Assembly: GCF_009914755.1 (NCBI RefSeq)
Contig: NC_060941.1
DNA length: 64,000 nt
Origin: the human T2T-CHM13v2.0 reference genome, Homo sapiens
Strand: one strand, 5' to 3'
The notes beneath the pieces were generated by a model. That model made no database searches and was not told where the DNA came from. It worked only from the letters and a program-made list of their open reading frames with translations. This document shows, in pieces, positions 31,752 to 49,759 of this stretch; the stretch's first letter is position 1, and every line of letters starts with the position of its first letter. Both the position numbers and the translations under genes were made by a program.

Positions 31752-32559
31752 CTAGGGTAAAACTGTGATGTACACAAATCTAAACTTGCTAGAGCTTGAT
31801 GTTTTCCTTCCATCTTTCCTTGCTCCTTCTTGATATCAAATTTTTTCTATCCTCCCCAGAAACGGGGCCCCCGGGTCTAGAGATTGGGATCTTCTGGTTG
31901 GGCAATGGCTCCTCTACAAGGCAATTTCAAAAGTCATTCTCTATTCTGTACCAAGTGGTGGAGATTAACATTTCAGACAGGCATGATCCCAGATCCTGAG
32001 GATTAATTTGGTAGTGTTTGAGTGATATCTACCGGTTACGCCCTGGGGTTTGGCTGTCTCCCTTGTCTTTATCTGTCAATGTCAGTGTCAAATTAGGGAG
32101 AGAAAGAAAATAGGACAAGCCAAGGGCAGCCTTTCTGGGAGTTATGCCAGGCTGGCAAGATGAGGCAGACAGGGCAATGTGCTAGCAGGTCACGACTGGG
32201 TCAGATGATAGAGAAATGGGGTGTCTGCAGGGACACACATGGGACTTTGGGTTCAGAGGACTGAGCTAAGGTCAGAAGTTGGGGAGGTGAATTGGAGTCT
32301 GTGTTCAGAAATCCATACTGGGTATGATGGTGTGGTCTGAGCATGACAGACAGGCCAGTCACAGAGAGGAACAGAATCAAAATGCAACTCCCAGGCCTGA
32401 AGATGGGAAAAAAAATGCAGCGTATGAATAATCGTCACACACATTTCATTCATTGGTTCTTATCCCTGTCAACTCCTTCAGAGCCACAAGGCCCCTGCAG
32501 ATACTCCTGCCCCACCTTCCAGTCACTTCCAGGCATCCAGAGGGATTCTAAAGGGATGG

Positions 32560-33090
32560 CCTCACAAATGGCTGCTGTGGCCCCGACGAACACATGCTTC
32601 GGCACTGATTGCCTCTCCATGCACCACCTGCCTCCCATGCACCCAGGCAAGGTGCCGTGTGCCCAGATGGCTGCAGTACCCTCTGCCATGCTCACCACCT
32701 CTCCCAGGCCTTCCCACTGCAGGCCATGTCTATATCTCTCTGCCTGTGGGCTTTCTGTGGTGACGGGACCCCACCCCCTCTTCACACAGCAGGATGCAGG
32801 AGAATTCACAGCCCCTCTAGCTGCCCCAGCAGCAGCCCCCAGCCAATGACTGAAGGAGTTGCTGTAAATACCCCACCTTCCTCATCCCTAGGACAAGGTC
32901 AATTGAAGGAACATTTCTACATGGGCCTTCAAGGTTCCCCAGGAAAACTAAGCTACAGTTGACCACAGTGGTAACTTGCTTGATAATGCATGTCTTAATG
33001 GCTGCTTTTCCTTCCCTGTCCCACTTTCCTATGTCTTTACTGGTGTTTCCCAATAAATTACTTGCACTTGAATGTTTGACTTTGGCTGTG
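32560..33090 (+). mobile_element. LTR16-family ERVL LTR
   Basis: gcagcccccagccaatgactg…cccaataaattacttgcacttgaat 3' signature. Confidence 0.6.
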
Positions 33091-33099
33091 ACAGTCTAA

Positions 33100-33875
<776 letters not shown>

Positions 33876-33899
33876 TCCAAGCAAGAGAAGAAGAGAAAT

Positions 33900-34880
33900 T
33901 AAGACAATGGCAATAGCAATGGAGAAGAAGAGATCAATTGGGAAAATATATAGGGGAGGGAAGCAGTGATATCAGATGACCTATTAGATATAGAAGGTAA
34001 GGGAATGGAGGCTGACACCAAGCTTGAGAGCCTGCAGGGATAGGGATGCCATTCACCACAACAGTGAGTGCAGGAAAGGGCCAGGCCTGGAGGGAAAGAT
34101 GGTGAGTTCATGTGGACATGATGCATGTGAGAAGTCCATGAAATGTCCAAATGGAGATGTCCAGCAAAGGGTTAAAAATATAGGTCTGGAGCATCAGAGA
34201 AAGGAGGAAACTAAAGATTTGAATCTGGAAGGGGTCAGCAATGTGCAATTGAGCCTGTGGAATAGAATGACATCACTGGAGGAAAACATTAGAGAAAAGT
34301 TTGCAAACTAAGTTGCTTTCAGGGACCAAGAAAATAATTCAGATGAGTGAAGTAGCTCAAATCAGAACTATAAAGAGTGGTGGTTAGTGCAGTGAGAATT
34401 CAAAATAATATCTGCCTTCTTGAAAGACTTTCATAGTAAACGTTATTTAAACACTATGGGGGCCAAGCAAAACAGGTCTTGTGTAGGCCACTAATGTGAG
34501 GCCTTTAATGTAGAATGAGAAGTTTCCCTGTGCTACTAGACCCTGAGAACACCAACATTTAATAGGCAGGCATAGAATAAAGAGTTTCCAAATGAGACTG
34601 ATGAGGAGCAAGAAGAGAGGTGGGGTAAACCCAACAAGAGTCATGGTGCAGAAGTCAAAGAAGTCAGCATTATCAAATGCTGCCGATGGGTCCAATGGAG
34701 TGGAATCCAAAAGGATCCCTGGATTTAGCCAGAGGGAGTTCATTAATGGCAAGAGCAGGAGCAATGTCAACAGGAAGGGAGTGGAAGACAGAAGCCAGGC
34801 ACAATTTGATGAGAAATCCATGGAAAATGAGGATGTGGCAACAGTAAGAGGATAGGCCATTCTTTCAAGAAGTTCGTCAG
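33900..34880 (-). mobile_element. L2 LINE fragments
   Basis: Purine-rich antisense L2 motifs (caacatttaataggcagg…, tcaaatgctgccgatgggtcc). Confidence 0.6.
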
Positions 34881-34977
34881 TGAAGGAGAGGACGGGGACC
34901 CAGTAATTTCATCCTGGATATGCAACAGAAATGAGTACTTGTGTGCAAAAAAATGTAGAAAAAATGTTGATAGTAGC

Positions 34978-35523
<546 letters not shown>

Positions 35524-35656
35524 CACAAGGAACTCAGCTAGGAAGCTGGAAATACTCTGTATCTTGGATTTGGGTGGTGGTTCCAGGGGTATATACCTAT
35601 GTAGAAATTCTTTAAGCTGTACACTTAAGATTTGTATAAACATAAGATGTGTGTAT

Positions 35657-36714
<1,058 letters not shown>

Positions 36715-36789
36715 TCAGTTCCTGCTTTAGGTCTAATGTTAGAGCTGCTGTGGACATTTTGGCACAGAAGAAAAAGTTGAAACAAAAAA

Positions 36790-38260
<1,471 letters not shown>

Positions 38261-38268
38261 ACAATACT

Positions 38269-38563
38269 CCCCAGACATGGTGGTTCATGCCTATAATTCC
38301 AGCACTTTGGGAGGCCAAAGTGAGAGGATCAGTTGAGCCCAGGAGTTCGAGACCAGCCCTGGGCACGTGAGACCCCTTCTCTACAAAAAATTTAAAAATT
38401 AGCCAAGCATGGTGGCACTCATCTGTAGTCCCAGCAACTCCAGAGGCTGAGGCAGGAGGATCGCTTGAGCCCAGGAGCTCCAAGCTGCCATGAGCCCTAA
38501 TAGTGTCACTGCACTCCAGCCGGGGCAAAAGAGTAAGACCCTGTCTCAAAACAAACAAACAAA
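38269..38563 (+). mobile_element. AluJ SINE
   Basis: Sense Alu dimer, CAAA tail. Confidence 0.9.
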
Positions 38564-38880
38564 TCAAAGCATGACAATTTAATAAACAAAAACAACATTG
38601 TGTCTCTATAAAGTTTTTTAAAATTTTTAAAATAAGATGTGGTACCTTTGATATAAAAGGGAAGGGCCCAGGCCAGTCTTGTGAAAGCATAAAGAAAAAA
38701 CACCCTTTCTCCCAGGGCCACATGCCTTTCCCAGCTTGAATCAGGGAATGAGAGAGGCACCTGGGTCCCAGCATTCCTGGACAAACAAACAGAACACACC
38801 AGACAGCTAAAGGACCGCAGCCCTGGCTTTGGGGATTTCTTGGTTATGGCATTTCAGAATTTTTGCCAGTAATAATTGTC

Positions 38881-38883
<3 letters not shown>

Positions 38884-38925
<42 letters not shown>
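38884..38925. repeat. (CA)n microsatellite, pure, about 21 units
   Basis: Directly visible. Confidence 0.98.
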
Positions 38926-38927
<2 letters not shown>

Positions 38928-38989
38928 GAACCTTGCCACAAGGGACTAGCTTGAGACTAAGCTATTTTCACCTTGGAATGATAATATAT

Positions 38990-39500
38990 CAATCAGTGCG
39001 GTCAAGGTCACAAGCTTTGGAGTTTGTTTTTTTCTGGGTTCAAACTCCAACTTTACCACTTGAGAGAAGGATGTCCTTGGGCAAGTCCACTTGATCTCAG
39101 TGGATTTCACCTTACTCATCCTTAACACAAGGCTTTAGTAGTACCTATCTCACAGAGCCATTGTGAGAAATAAATGAAATAATGAATGCCAGGTACTCGG
39201 CACTATCTCTGCCTCACAGAAGGCACTCAATAAGTGCAAACAAATATGTAAAAAACAGTAAAATGATTCTAGGAGTTAGATGTGTTTCAAAAGCTGGTTA
39301 AGGGGCTGAGGACTTTCCTAGGAATAACTTGTGCTCACCGAATATTTACTCCATGCCTGTCACATGGAATATTTGATCTCATTTAATTTTCAAAACCACC
39401 CAATGAGTCAAGTATTATTTGTATTTTACAGACAAGAAAATAAGATCTAGAATGGGTAAGCTGTTTGCTGAAAGTCCCCCAGCAAATAAGAGTTGGATTA
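38990..39500. mobile_element. Two MIRs (+ at about 38990-39235, - at about 39330-39500)
   Basis: MIR core motifs in both orientations. Confidence 0.7.
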
Positions 39501-39508
39501 TTCCAGAG

Positions 39509-39737
39509 CAAGCTTGTCCAACCCACAGCCCACAGGCCACATGCAGCCAGGAGGGCTTTGAATGCAGCCCAACACAAATTCATAAACTTTCTTAAAACAT
39601 TATGAGGTTTTTTGTGATTTTTTTTTTTTTTTTTAGCTCATAAGTCACTGTTAGTGGTAGTATATTTTATGTTTGGCCCAAGGCAATTCTTCTTCTTCCA
39701 ATGTGGACCAGGGAAGCCAAAATATTGAACACCTTTG
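39509..39737. mobile_element. MER30 hAT MITE
   Basis: gcttgtccaacccacagccc…tttgaatgcagcccaacacaaattc…gggaagccaaaatattgaacacc. Confidence 0.88.
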
Positions 39738-40290
39738 TATAAGGCAACCCAGTTTGGTGCCAAGACAAAGAGGTTGAGGGATGATATGAGCACCATCAAA
39801 TGTCTGTCTTCAAGACTGTCCTTCAACTGGTAACCTAGAAGGTCCCAAGTCTAAATGGGGATCAAGTGAGTTGGGCCAAGTGGGCTGCAATGGCTTTTGA
39901 AGGAAGCCAACCAAAGCTATTGCCTAAGATATCCCAGCCTGGGTTCCAGAAGCTTAGACCGCAACCAGTGATGACTCCAAAATGGGGCTGGCTGCTACTG
40001 GAAGCAGTACCCTTGGCACAGATAGAAAAGTTGTCAGCAATGGGCACTGGCCACCTTAGCATGGATGCTGGCGGGTACCAGCAGCCATGCGTCTTCTGCT
40101 GATATCAGCAGGAAGCACCTGGTGACAAGCTGAAGTCTTAGAGCAGGAATTTGGAGATGGAGGGCTTGAGGGTACGGATAAGAGGACCAGACTAGGGGAC
40201 ACCTATCAACACCACTGCCAAGGACTCTCATCACAAAGGGGGAAGTGGAAGCAAAGCAAGAAGAGAACTACTGCTTGGTAAGAGAACTGC

Positions 40291-40572
40291 TTTTTTTTTT
40301 TTTTTTTTTTTTTGTCACCCAGGCTGGAGTGCAGCTGCAGGATCTGCGCTAACTGCAACCTCTGCCTCCTGGGTTGAAGCGATTCTTCTGCCTCAGCCTC
40401 CTGAGTAGCTGGGACTACAAGCAGGCGCCACTACGCCTGGCTAATTTTTGTATTTTTAGTAGAGACAGGGTTTCACCATATTGGCCAGGATGGTTTCAAA
40501 CTCCTGACCTCATGATCTGCCCACCTAGGCCTCCCAAAGTGCTGGGATTACAGGCGTGAGCCACCGCGCCTG
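40291..40572 (-). mobile_element. AluS SINE
   Basis: Antisense Alu with pure poly-T. Confidence 0.93.
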
Positions 40573-42354
40573 GTGAGGACTCCATTTTCTACCCCTAGGC
40601 TAAAGAGCCTGGAGGATTATAGCTTACAGAGCAGAGAAGAACTCTGATACTCATACCTGCATAGTGCTAGCTAGTCAGTAGACAATACTTAGATAATTCA
40701 TTTTCTGATTTCTGACATTAGTGAGAGGTTGGGGTTTTGTTTGTTTAATAACAGCCTTCATTTAGATCTTTGCAAACAGCCTTGAATGAGGAATGTCCTT
40801 ATGTTTCAGGGAACATATCAGGCCTGGAAGCAGCTTTTTTAGGATAAAGCTCACTCATTGAACTTCAAATGCACTGACTCCAACCATTTCCTAAAATAAG
40901 GAAAATCTGTCTGCACAGACGGCATTTTCACTCTCCTGAATGTTTTCTGTTGGTTGGTTGGTTGGTTGGTTTTATTGGTTGGTTGGTTTTGATACAGAGT
41001 GATACAATATCATGAAGAATATTAGTCAGAAATGGGGCACAGGTCTCAAGCAGGTCTTGGGACCTTGGGCTATTAATCTTTCTGGGCCTTAATTTACTTA
41101 TCTATAACATAAAAGGACCTTAATATATGATTGAGAAGGCCCAAACCACCTTTAAAATTTAGATCTGTGTCTCCCCATCAGACCTCTCTGGAGACACAGG
41201 ATCTTATTCAACCTCACACAGATTCTTGGGTTTCTGCCATTCACATCTACATTGAAAATTCTCCCATAAACTTTATACAAGTCCTTATGGAATCATTAAA
41301 GCTTTGCAAGAAAACAACAGTACCCATTATAAAAGCCCAAGAAACAGAGAAGAAAATCATGTTTTATAACCCAAGAAATCTGTCCAAATCCTAGAATTTT
41401 TCTTCAGAGTACATCACAAGAAGGAACAGTCTCTTCCTTCCTAGTGGGAAAGTCAGGGTTTCTTTCATTTCCACCTTGTTCGCTTGTAACCGCTCTCACC
41501 AGGCAAAGTTCTGAGCAAGTGAGATGGACTCATCTCGGAACTCCAGGCTGTGTTTACATAATTGGTAAAAGAAACATTCCAATCCCATTCCTTCGTCAGC
41601 TCCGACAGACCAACCAGCATCCCCCTCCCACTTGCCACTTTGATAGGGGTGACTGGTATCTCCATCTCCTTATCTTTGTTGATCATGTTTCTGGGTTTCC
41701 AATTGCGTCAATTTAACTGGTTGCCAATAATTCTGTCATCTGAGGGGAAAGCAGAATCTCAACTGAACATGCAGATGTCCTATTGAGACTTTGCCCATAA
41801 GGGAGCGTCTTTGGTGCTTAAAATTCCATCTTTTGGACCTCATATCAGTTGATGTTTTTAGTTGCATCGGAAACCAACTCTAAGTGATTTAAGCAGGAGA
41901 GAAAGTTATTTAAGGATATTTATAGTTCACAGAATCTCTGGAGGAGCGGGGGGCTAGAAAACCAGACTTGAAGACTACACAGAGAGACTCCGAGTCCCCC
42001 TGGGACTGACCTGAGATGACCAGGGAGCTGGTATTTTTAGCTTCCAGAGGTAAATAACAGCCTTCACTTCCATCAAAACTCATTAGGTAGAAAACACACC
42101 AAACATGGGAAAGGCGTTCCGGAGCTGGGCTACCAAAGAGAATAATAAATGTTCACTATAGTTTCATCTTCTAGTTTTGTACCATCCCTGAAACATTTTC
42201 TTTTTCCTCCAGGAGCCTCAAAATTACAGTTAAGTCTACAGTCAGACAGAAGGAAACTGGCATTTATTAAACACCAACTTTGTGCCTGGAAGATTCACTT
42301 ACAATATCATAATCTTTACAATAACTCTGCAATATGGATCTCATTATCAGCATT

Positions 42355-42679
42355 CTTTTTTTGTTTGTTTGGTTGGTTGGTTTTGGTGGTTTTAGTGTCA
42401 GGGTCTCACTCTGTTGCTCAGGCTGGAGCATGGTGGCATGATCATAACTCACTGCAGCCTTGAACTCCTGGAATCAAATGATCCTCCCACCTCACCTCCA
42501 AGTAGCTGGGACTACAGGCATGCACCATCATGCCCAGCTAATTTTCTTTTTCTTTTTTTTTAAGAGGTAGGATCTTGCTATAATGCCCAGGTTGGTCTCA
42601 AACTCCTGGTATCAAGTGATCCTCCCATCTTGGCCTCCCAAAGTGCGGGAATTACAGGTGTGAACCACTGCACCCAACC
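42355..42679 (-). mobile_element. AluJ SINE
   Basis: Antisense Alu; TSD tcatt(a/c)tcagcattctt. Confidence 0.92.
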
Positions 42680-42739
42680 TCATTCTCAGCATTCTTATTA
42701 TGTTTTGTCTTATTATCCTCCAAGGATAGGTTAAGTAAT

Positions 42740-43176
42740 TGTTATGGGTTGAATTGGGTCTCCCCAAAATTCCTATGTTAAAGTCCTAATCCCAGTATCT
42801 CAAAATGAAGGTAAGGTCTTTATAGAGGTAATCAAGTTAAAATGATGTTATTAGGATGGGCATTAATTCAATATGACTAGTCTCCTTATAAAAAGCAGAC
42901 ATTCACACACAAGGACACATGCACACAGGGAATATGATACCTGAGATTAGGGTGATGCGTCTGCAGGCCAAAGAATGCCAAAGACTGCCAGCACACCACC
43001 AGAAACTGGGGGAGAGGCATGGAACGGATTCTTCTTCACAGCTCTCAGAAAGAACCATGCTGCTGACACCTTGATCTTGGAATTCTAGCCACTGGAACTG
43101 TAAAACAATAAATTTCTATTGTTTAAGTCATCTAGTTTGTGAGACTTTATTACCATTGCCATAGCAAACTACTACA
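42740..43176 (+). mobile_element. MLT1B/C MaLR solo LTR
   Basis: tgttatgggttgaattgggtctccccaaaattc … gcaaactactaca; near-TSD gtaat/ggaat. Confidence 0.88.
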
Positions 43177-43589
43177 GGAATTCACCTCAATTCTCATAGC
43201 GAATGAGAAGCAGAACCAGATTTGAACACAGGTCTGGCCAATTCTAACACACCAGCCTCTTCACTATGACTGTATCATAATTTCCCTCCACCAAAAACTC
43301 TGGGGTGGTCTATAGCCTACACTTAATGGTGATCAGATATTTTAAGCTGAAGGACCTAATTTTGGTGGGAAAGATGCCAGTTTGGGTCATGTTGAGTTTA
43401 GGTGCCTGATAATACCCTGGCGTTCAATAAACACTTGGATATATGAATCTGAGTTCAGGGAGATATCCAAGCTCAAGAGAGGCAATCAGAAGTCATTAAC
43501 ACACAAGTAAAAATGGAAACCCTGAGTGTGAATCAGATCAACAAGAAAGAGCACACTAAGAACCAGTGGGCCTAGGATGATCCCTGGAG

Positions 43590-44500
43590 TAGCAATGATT
43601 TCTTTTTGCCACCTTATGTCCATTTTTTTCCTTCTCCCATAGTAATAGAATTTTTAACTGAGCACATGGGCTTCAGAGTAAAGACTACACTTCCCAGGCT
43701 TCCTTGCAGCTAGGTATGACCATGTTCAGGCTAAAGGGATGTTAGTGTCACCTTCCTGAAAATTCCCTTATGAGGTAGTTTATGCCCTTTATTTACTCTT
43801 TTTCTCTGTCTTTCTTCCATCTTGCTCCCTGGAACTTGGATGTTGCCTTGATTCACAAGGATGAGGATCATTCCCAAGGAATTGTAGGGCAGTTAATTGG
43901 AAGAGGACTGTCTTAGTCCATTTGTGTTGCTATAAATGTATAGCTGATACTGGGAATTTATAAAGAAAAAATCATTTGGCTTATAATTCTGCTCTCTGGG
44001 AGACTGGGCATCTGGTGAAAGCCTCAGGCTGCTTCCACTCATGTCAGAAGGTGTAGGAGAGACAGCACGTGCAGAGACCACATGGGAAGAGAGGAAGCTA
44101 GAGGGGGAGGTAGGGGAGGAGCCAGGCTTTCTATCAACCAGCTCTCATGGAAGCTAATAGAGTGAGAACTCATTCAGTCTCCCTACCCTCCAGGGAAGGC
44201 ATTAATCTATTCATAAGTGATCCACCCCCCTGACCCAAACACCTCCAATTAGGTCCTATCTCCACCACTTGGGATCAAATTTCAATATGAGATTTGGAGG
44301 GTACAACATCCAAACTAGAGAAAGACCTGTGATCCTGAGGACTTCCTGAAGTGGAGATGCCATACCAGCTCTGGACTGCAAATATCTGGACATTTGTATG
44401 ACAGCTAAACAATTATCTTGTTCAAGTCAATGTTGCTTTTTTTTTTTTTTTTTTTTTTTTTTTGGTTATTCTTTGCTATACCCAATCCCAACTAATATAC
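43590..44500 (+). mobile_element. LTR33-like ERVL LTR interrupted by MSTB (43909-44322, -)
   Basis: gtaatagaatttttaactgagcacatgg…aaagactacacttccc…ttgcagctagg; MST tgtcttagtccattt…catccaaacta. Confidence 0.8.
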
Positions 44501-44870
44501 ACGGTGAACACCAGGATATAGGAGGTAGACATAGGAAAGAGATCAAAAAGGAATGGCCAAGATAATGGACATCTATTGTTATACATACTCATAAGAGCAT
44601 CACTCTTCTGGAAATAATTCTTCTAACCAGTTGTTCAGTTGAGAATTGCCACCTTCTTATAGGCCCTGCCTTCCAGACTACAATTAAATGTGACTAGCCA
44701 GTTATAGTAATTGGTCCAGGTATGGGCACTTGACCCCCAATAAACCAATCAATGCCCTTCTTTGAGCTTTCTTTTACCTTGGGTTCAAGGAAAGCAGTTC
44801 TCAGACCTTCTATGATGTTCAAGGCCAGGAGCCATTGATGGCAATATCTCTTACACATGGAGAGACCTGT

Positions 44871-45256
44871 CGTCTTAGTCTCTTTGTGCTGCTATAACAA
44901 AATGCCTGAGACTCGGTGATTTATTAAGCCCAGAAACATTTTCTCACAGTTCTGAAGGCTGGGAAGTCCAAGATCAAAGTACCTGCCAGTTTGGTTGCCT
45001 GGTGAGGGCCGCTCCGTAATTCCAAAATGATGCCTTGTTGCTGCATCCTCCAGAGAAGAGGAATCGTGTGTCCTCACATGGCAGAAGACAGAAGGGCAAG
45101 GGAGCCACATGAAGCCTCTTTTATAAGAGCCTTCATTTATAAGAAAGAAGCTTCATGGCCTATTCACCTCTTAAAGGCCCTATCTCTAATACTATCACAT
45201 TAGCCATTAAGTTTCAACACCTGAATTCTGGAGTGGACTCATTCAAACCATAGTCA
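44871..45256 (-). mobile_element. MSTD-like MaLR solo LTR (inside an old MLT1J/K-like LTR, about 44590-46155)
   Basis: gtcttagtc…gctgctataacaaaatgcctgagact…attcaaaccatag. Confidence 0.85.
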
Positions 45257-45338
45257 TCTGAGAGAATGAAGTCATCATGGAAAAAGGAGAAGCGACAAAA
45301 GGCCTGGAGAATTCTGCCACCATCATCTCTAGTACAGT

Positions 45339-46021
45339 TGCAACTGCCCAAGAGGTTTGCCTTGCCCACTGCCTAGACAGAGCCAATTCATCAAGACAGG
45401 GGAATTGCAATAGAGAAAGAGTAATTCACTCAGAGCCAGCTGTGCCAGAGACCGGAGTTTTATTATTACTCAAATCAGTCTCCCTGAGCATTCTGGAGCA
45501 GGGTTTTTAAGGATAACTTGATGGGTGGGGGGAAGCCAGTGAACCAGGAGTGCTGATAGGTCAGAGATGAAATCATAGGGAGTCGAAGGTGTCTTCTTGC
45601 ACTGAGTCAGCTCCTGGGTGGGGACCACAAGATCAGATGACCCAGTTTATTGATCCGGGTGGTGCCAGCTGATCTATCAACTGCAAGGTCTGCAAAATAT
45701 CTCAAGCACTGATCTTAGGAGCAGTTTAGGATGGGTCAGAATCTTGTAGCCTCCAGCTGCATGACTCCTAAACCATAATTTCTAATCTTGTGGCTAATGT
45801 TAGTCCTACAAAGGCAATCCGGTCCCCGGGCAAGAAGGAGGTCTGCTTTGGGAAAGGGCTGTTGCTGTCTTTGTTTAAACTATAAACTAAGTTTCTCCCA
45901 AAGTTAGTTCAGCCTACGCCCAAGAATGAACAAGGACAGCTTGAAGGTTAGAAGCAAGATGGAGTTGGTTAAGTTAGATCTCTTTCACTGTCTCAGTCAT
46001 AATTTTGCAAAGGTGGTTTCA
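45339..46021 (-). mobile_element. LTR8 ERV1 solo LTR
   Basis: Reverse complement starts TGAAACCACCTTTGCAAAATTATGACTGAGACAGTGAAAGAG; perfect 4-bp TSD cagt. Confidence 0.92.
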
Positions 46022-47574
46022 CAGTCTTTCCTAAGTTACGTCCATATTGCTTTTTTTATCAGAGCTTCCCACATGAGCTAATTCATTCCAACTCTTATTA
46101 GAAATCTAGTTGAAGTTGGGTTTCTGCCATTTATGACCAAAAGTCCTGAGTGATATAATCAGAGAGCTACAAGGAAAATCAAGAAAGTGTGCTGTCATGG
46201 AAGAGGATGTTAAGGAGGAATTGATAGTGTCAGGGGCAGTAGAAGGGTCTGGTCAATTAAAGACCAAAAAGTGCCTGATGGATTTGGCAATTAAGGTGGT
46301 CACCATTATGACAGCGATTCCTTGAAGTTAAGGTTAGAATCAGATTTCAATGAGTTCAAGAGTGAACAGGAAGTTAAGAAGAGGAGACAGTGAATTACAA
46401 AGACCTCTGCTGAGGAATTGGAAAGGAAAGGAAAGAAAAGGAGGAAGTTTAAAGGGTAGCTACAGGGGGCCTTGTGTTAATAAGGGTTTTGTTAAAAAGC
46501 AAAATTGTTCTGCGTATTTATAGGCTGAGCAGTAGCAGTTAGAGATTTGGTAAAGGATTTGGGGGGGTGCAAAAATTGATGAGGCAAGGCCCAAATTAGA
46601 ATAGGAGGGAAAGGAATTAAAGTCAAAGGATAAGTGTTGAACGGGAGGAAAGATACTTGTTCTTTCTTAAGGAAAGATGGTAAAGAACAGGTGCAAGTGG
46701 AGTGAGCAAACTGAGTCTCTCACCTTTGATGGCCTCAGTTTTCTCATGCAGAAAGGGCAGACTCTCCTAGTGAAATGGAAGAGAGCAAGAGTAAAGAGGG
46801 AAGTTGAGGCAAGCAGTGACACTTTCTTCTTTGATTAATGAGGGGATTAGGAAAGGAGGCTGCTCTAGGACGGCTCTGAGGGCTGGGACTGGGGACCATG
46901 GAGGGGCTGTTCTGGGTCTTTCTGTGGTTTTCTCCAGCAGTGGTCTTCCGTCCTGGTTAGTGGAGGAGAGAAGCAGCAGCAGCATTACTCTAGGACGGAG
47001 ATTTCAAGGGGGGGCAAAGACCAAGGATTGAGGAATAGAGGTGCAGGGGAGAGGGTGTTCTGATGCTATGACACAGGACCCATGCTGGGTAAAGGGGAGG
47101 AGGAGAGGCTGGACACCTGAGCCCTAGAGAAGGGAACAGATGCAGGGGAGAGGGAGGACATGGAGACTTACTGGCGCACAACCCAGAGAACATTCTGGCA
47201 TCAACTGGGCAAGGAAGAAAATTCCACAGACTCTAAATTTTAAAATAGAGCTTTGCTGTTTTTAAGACCTGTATTACAGGGAGGAAGGAAGAGAGTGCTT
47301 GCCAGCCGGGGTCGGGGACCATCATCCCAGCTCCTTCATACACTTACCTACATTTAGGCTTTCTCATGTATCTTAAGCAACTGTGAATACCCGAGACCCG
47401 CTATTCCACACACAGCCTTCCAAGAATTGCTTTGTGATACACAGGTATCACAGAGAGGTCCTGTGCTGGCACCAAAAATTAAAAAGAAAAATCCAGGAGA
47501 GGAAACTGATAACTTGCATTTGCAAACATACATTTGAAAACAAGGTTAAATACACATTTGAAAACAAGAAGAAT

Positions 47575-47890
47575 GGCCGGGCGCGGTGACTCACGCCTGT
47601 AATCCCAGCACTTCGGGAGGCCGAGGCGGGCGGATCACGAGGTCAGGAGATCGAGACCGACCATCCCGGCTAACACGATGAAACCCCGTCTCTACTAAAA
47701 ATACAAAAAAATTAGCCGGGCATGGTGGCGGGAGCCTGTAGTCCAGCTACTCAGGAAGCTGAGGCAGGAGAATGGCGTGAACCAGGGAGGCGGAGCTTGC
47801 AGTGAGCCGAGATCATGCGCACTCCAGCCTGGGCGACAGAGAGAGACTCCGTCTCAAAAAACAAACAAAAACAAACAAACAAACAAAAAA
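47575..47890 (+). mobile_element. AluY SINE
   Basis: CpG-rich; Y diagnostics ggagaatggcgtgaa, ggagcttgcag. Confidence 0.95.
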
Positions 47891-48200
47891 GAAGCGTCGG
47901 AGTATTCAGAAGAAGCAAGGGGAGTGTGACATTGCCCGTCTGTAAAGGTGCTCATGACAGGGGGTCAGAGGAATCAAACATTAAGGATCATTTCCACTGG
48001 TTTAGTTTTTGGCTGAATGTGTGACGTGAACTTCTGATTTTGGGGGGCTGGTTTCCTAGTCATCTTCCTTGATTCTGCATAACCGAGGGTCCCTCTTCAG
48101 ACTGGACCCTAGCAGGAAGTGACTCCCCATGGTTACAATGCAGATGAAAGCAAACATAGAACCCTTAGGTTAGAAGGTTAGAGGCAGCAGCCAGGGATAA

Positions 48201-49049
<849 letters not shown>

Positions 49050-49306
49050 AACCCAGTTCTTAAGGTCTGAGAATTAAGCAAGAAAAGAACCAAATGCTTG
49101 GCTTCAGTGTTAAATGTCCCAGAAGGGGAGGTAGGCTGGGCTCTAGTTCTGGGAGCTCAGAGCAAACCAGCAGGAACCCAGGCCATCCCAGGCCCCCAGC
49201 ACTGCCATTCCTTAGGAAGGGAGGATCTGCTACAGAACACTTTTGAGACTTGATCATTTATAATCTATAAATATGTATCACACTCTACGTCTAGGTCTCC
49301 TTTTAG

Positions 49307-49672
<366 letters not shown>

Positions 49673-49759
49673 TAACAAAACTAATCTCCTGGTGTGTGCT
49701 GTGTACAGATATACCACATTTTTCTTATGTTTATTTCATCACAAGTATGTGTGTATATC

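Noticed and set aside
32343-32962. Overlapping 117-168 aa ORFs on both strands
   Set aside because: Largely within an LTR16-like element; low-complexity Pro/Ser/Cys content and no splice or domain support
42149-42463. 104-aa ORF with a hydrophobic, TM-like C-terminus
   Set aside because: The hydrophobic stretch comes from the T/G-rich Alu tail, and the ORF ends in Alu sequence
47527-47566. 15-bp direct repeat acatttgaaaacaag x2
   Set aside because: Only two copies; an ordinary local duplication, not an array or CRISPR-like structure
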